DNA of 64,000 bases from Pseudovirgaria hyperparasitica (lineage: Eukaryota), in the NCBI GenBank assembly GCA_010093815.1, contig ML996569.1; one strand, 5' to 3'. Each line of letters begins with the position of its first letter. The stretch's first letter is position 1. Below, one piece after another: positions 62,117-64,000 of the stretch. The notes beneath the pieces are model-generated. The model was not told the DNA's origin. It ran no database searches and saw only the letters and a program-made list of their open reading frames with translations. Both the position numbers and the translations under genes were made by a program.

Positions 62117-63739
62117 TTGCCGGTTTTGTCTGAGTCGTCGAATGTGGATAGGCTGGACGAAACGGGCCGTATATGGTCGCCCGGCACGGGACGTTCGCAC
62201 GCCTTCATCCATGGATCATATTCGTCTAGCGTCGCTCCTTCTGTCTGTCCCTGTCACGCCACACAGTAAAGGTGATATCATCATGAATTCAGGACTATTC
62301 TTGGAATGAATCGATGTTCGAAAAAGTGGCTTGGTGTACACCAACTGAGCCACTTAAAATGAGCTCGATACTCGGTTTCGAACGCCACTGTTGACCTCCC
62401 GGGATCAGGGATTTATCGCTGAAACGTTGTAGACACTATAATCTATCACTATTTGGCTCTTCTAGCAATTCTTCGTGCAATGAATTTGCTCAATACGAAC
62501 AGTCTATGTGGGCATTCTTACCCCCACGAGATATAGGGGCATGATAGAATAACACCCACCTTCTCCAAGTGCGACCATCCAAGAAGGTCGACGAGCTTAT
62601 CTGTACTACGAGTGTCATTAGAGCTTGAGAAGCCTCTACCCAGTGTGTCTGATGGTAGTTCAATCTATGATGCTTGGCGATCAGTGATTGCGCCGAACAT
62701 ACGAACTTCCTCTCGACCGAGATAAAATGAAATATTCAAAGCCACTCCACGCAATAATAACGGGTCCCAGAAGGTTGAAGGCTAAGCTAACCTTTGATTT
62801 TGTAGCAGTGCTCCAGCTCTCGGAAGTTACCGATGCACGACCAGACATGTTGAGCCGTGCGTCGGTACATTATTCAACCAGATGAACCTAGAAAACATGG
62901 AGGGGCGGTAGTGTCCGCAGCCTTCATCCCAGTACCGCCCATGATTCGATATCGTCATAATGTGCAAGCCTTGAGCGCCTGAAACTCGGTCCTTGGCGTC
63001 ATGGCGTCTCCTCTCACGATTCGAGCCACAGAGCGAAGCTGTGGAGTGGCAACCTGCAGCCCTATCCCTCGGCAAGCATCTTGATAGCCGGAATTTGCAT
63101 TGAGGGCCCACCTGAAACGTGAACATTACGTGCATTAGCCTGTACTATTACCTGTATGAGGTGCGATCCGTCCCTCTTGGATGCCATAATGCCCCACACA
63201 AACGGCTAACGGCCGACAGCCTTGATCAGGAAGCTGACGCTGACGTAGAGTGGATTTCGTCTGCTGTTGCGCTCATGTTCCTATTGGATCTCTCAGTCGC
63301 AAAAGCTATATCAGGTATACCGAGCCCAATAGACTTTGCAAAGCTCCCTTGCTACTCCCCTCGGTCAGTCTGATCAGGGTCTTATCAGGGTCTGGACTTG
63401 ACGCCCGGGGTGGATCTGGCTCGTGCATATAGGACATGAAGACGTATGAGTGAGACAGTATAGAACTCTCGACCAAATCTTCTTAGTTCTCCGGGTAGCG
63501 TGTCTTTAGAGTGGGCTCGTGGCTGTGTTGAAGCAGTACCATATTCGCCGTGTCCCGAGCCCGTGTAGTGTACAACATACCATCAGCAACCGGCAAAAAG
63601 TAGACGAGGAAGACTCAAACTGGAAAATTCTGATCCTCGTGTCGGTTCTTTCGTAGCAAAAAAATACTCATAAGTAGTAAGGTGCAGGATGTCGTGGCTC
63701 ATCCAAAGCGCAAAGCACTTGCTCAGTCCCACACCTACA

Positions 63740-64000
63740 ATGACAAGAACAACAACCGAAACAGTCGATATCGTGATCGTAGGAGGTAAGAGAAGTAGCC
63801 TCCTACTTGTATCCAGTATGTGCTAACACACGAAACAGGCGGCCCAACAGGTCTCCTCTCTGCCTTCCTCGCACGTCAGCTCGGTCTCAGCATCGCCGTC
63901 CTCGACTCTAAAGATAGCACACTCACAGTCGGACGCGCAGACGCCCTCAACGCACGCTCACAGCAATATCTCGAAGTCGCCGGTGTCTTAGAAGAGCTCC
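63740..64000 (+). CDS. FAD-dependent aromatic hydroxylase (phenol 2-monooxygenase/FAD_binding_3 type), 3'-truncated by the window edge; absent from the ORF track
   Basis: ATG at 63740 and intron 63786-63838 (GTAAGA..GCTAAC..CAG) give MTRTTTETVDIVIVGGGPTGLLSAFLARQLGLSIAVLDSK..VGRADALNARSQQYLE. Confidence 0.9.

Overview
Eukaryotic DNA from a filamentous ascomycete, judged by short GT-AG introns with CTRAC-like branch sites and Pezizomycotina-type genes; the exact taxon cannot be fixed from the sequence. Three zones are visible. (1) 1-12.5 kb: the 3' end of a Dot5/PrxQ peroxiredoxin, then a gene-poor tract with two paralogous BTB/POZ genes, probable relics of related adaptor genes, and a short U6-like Pol III-type unit. 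(2) 13-50 kb: GC-rich, microsatellite-dense core genes (Skg6/Tos2-like, secreted protein, conserved unknown, kelch-TM, MFS, Avt2, Swc4, SPX-VTC-like, Baeyer-Villiger monooxygenase, carboxylesterase, GH2). (3) 51-64 kb: a compositionally different block with a six-exon Cys-rich repeat protein and a candidate isocyanide biosynthetic gene cluster (methyltransferase, trans-enoyl-reductase-like MDR, OrsD-type zinc-finger regulator, Dit1/PvcA-TauD isocyanide synthase, FAD monooxygenase) that runs off the right edge. Gene models were spliced by hand and family calls come from recalled motifs, not database searches.
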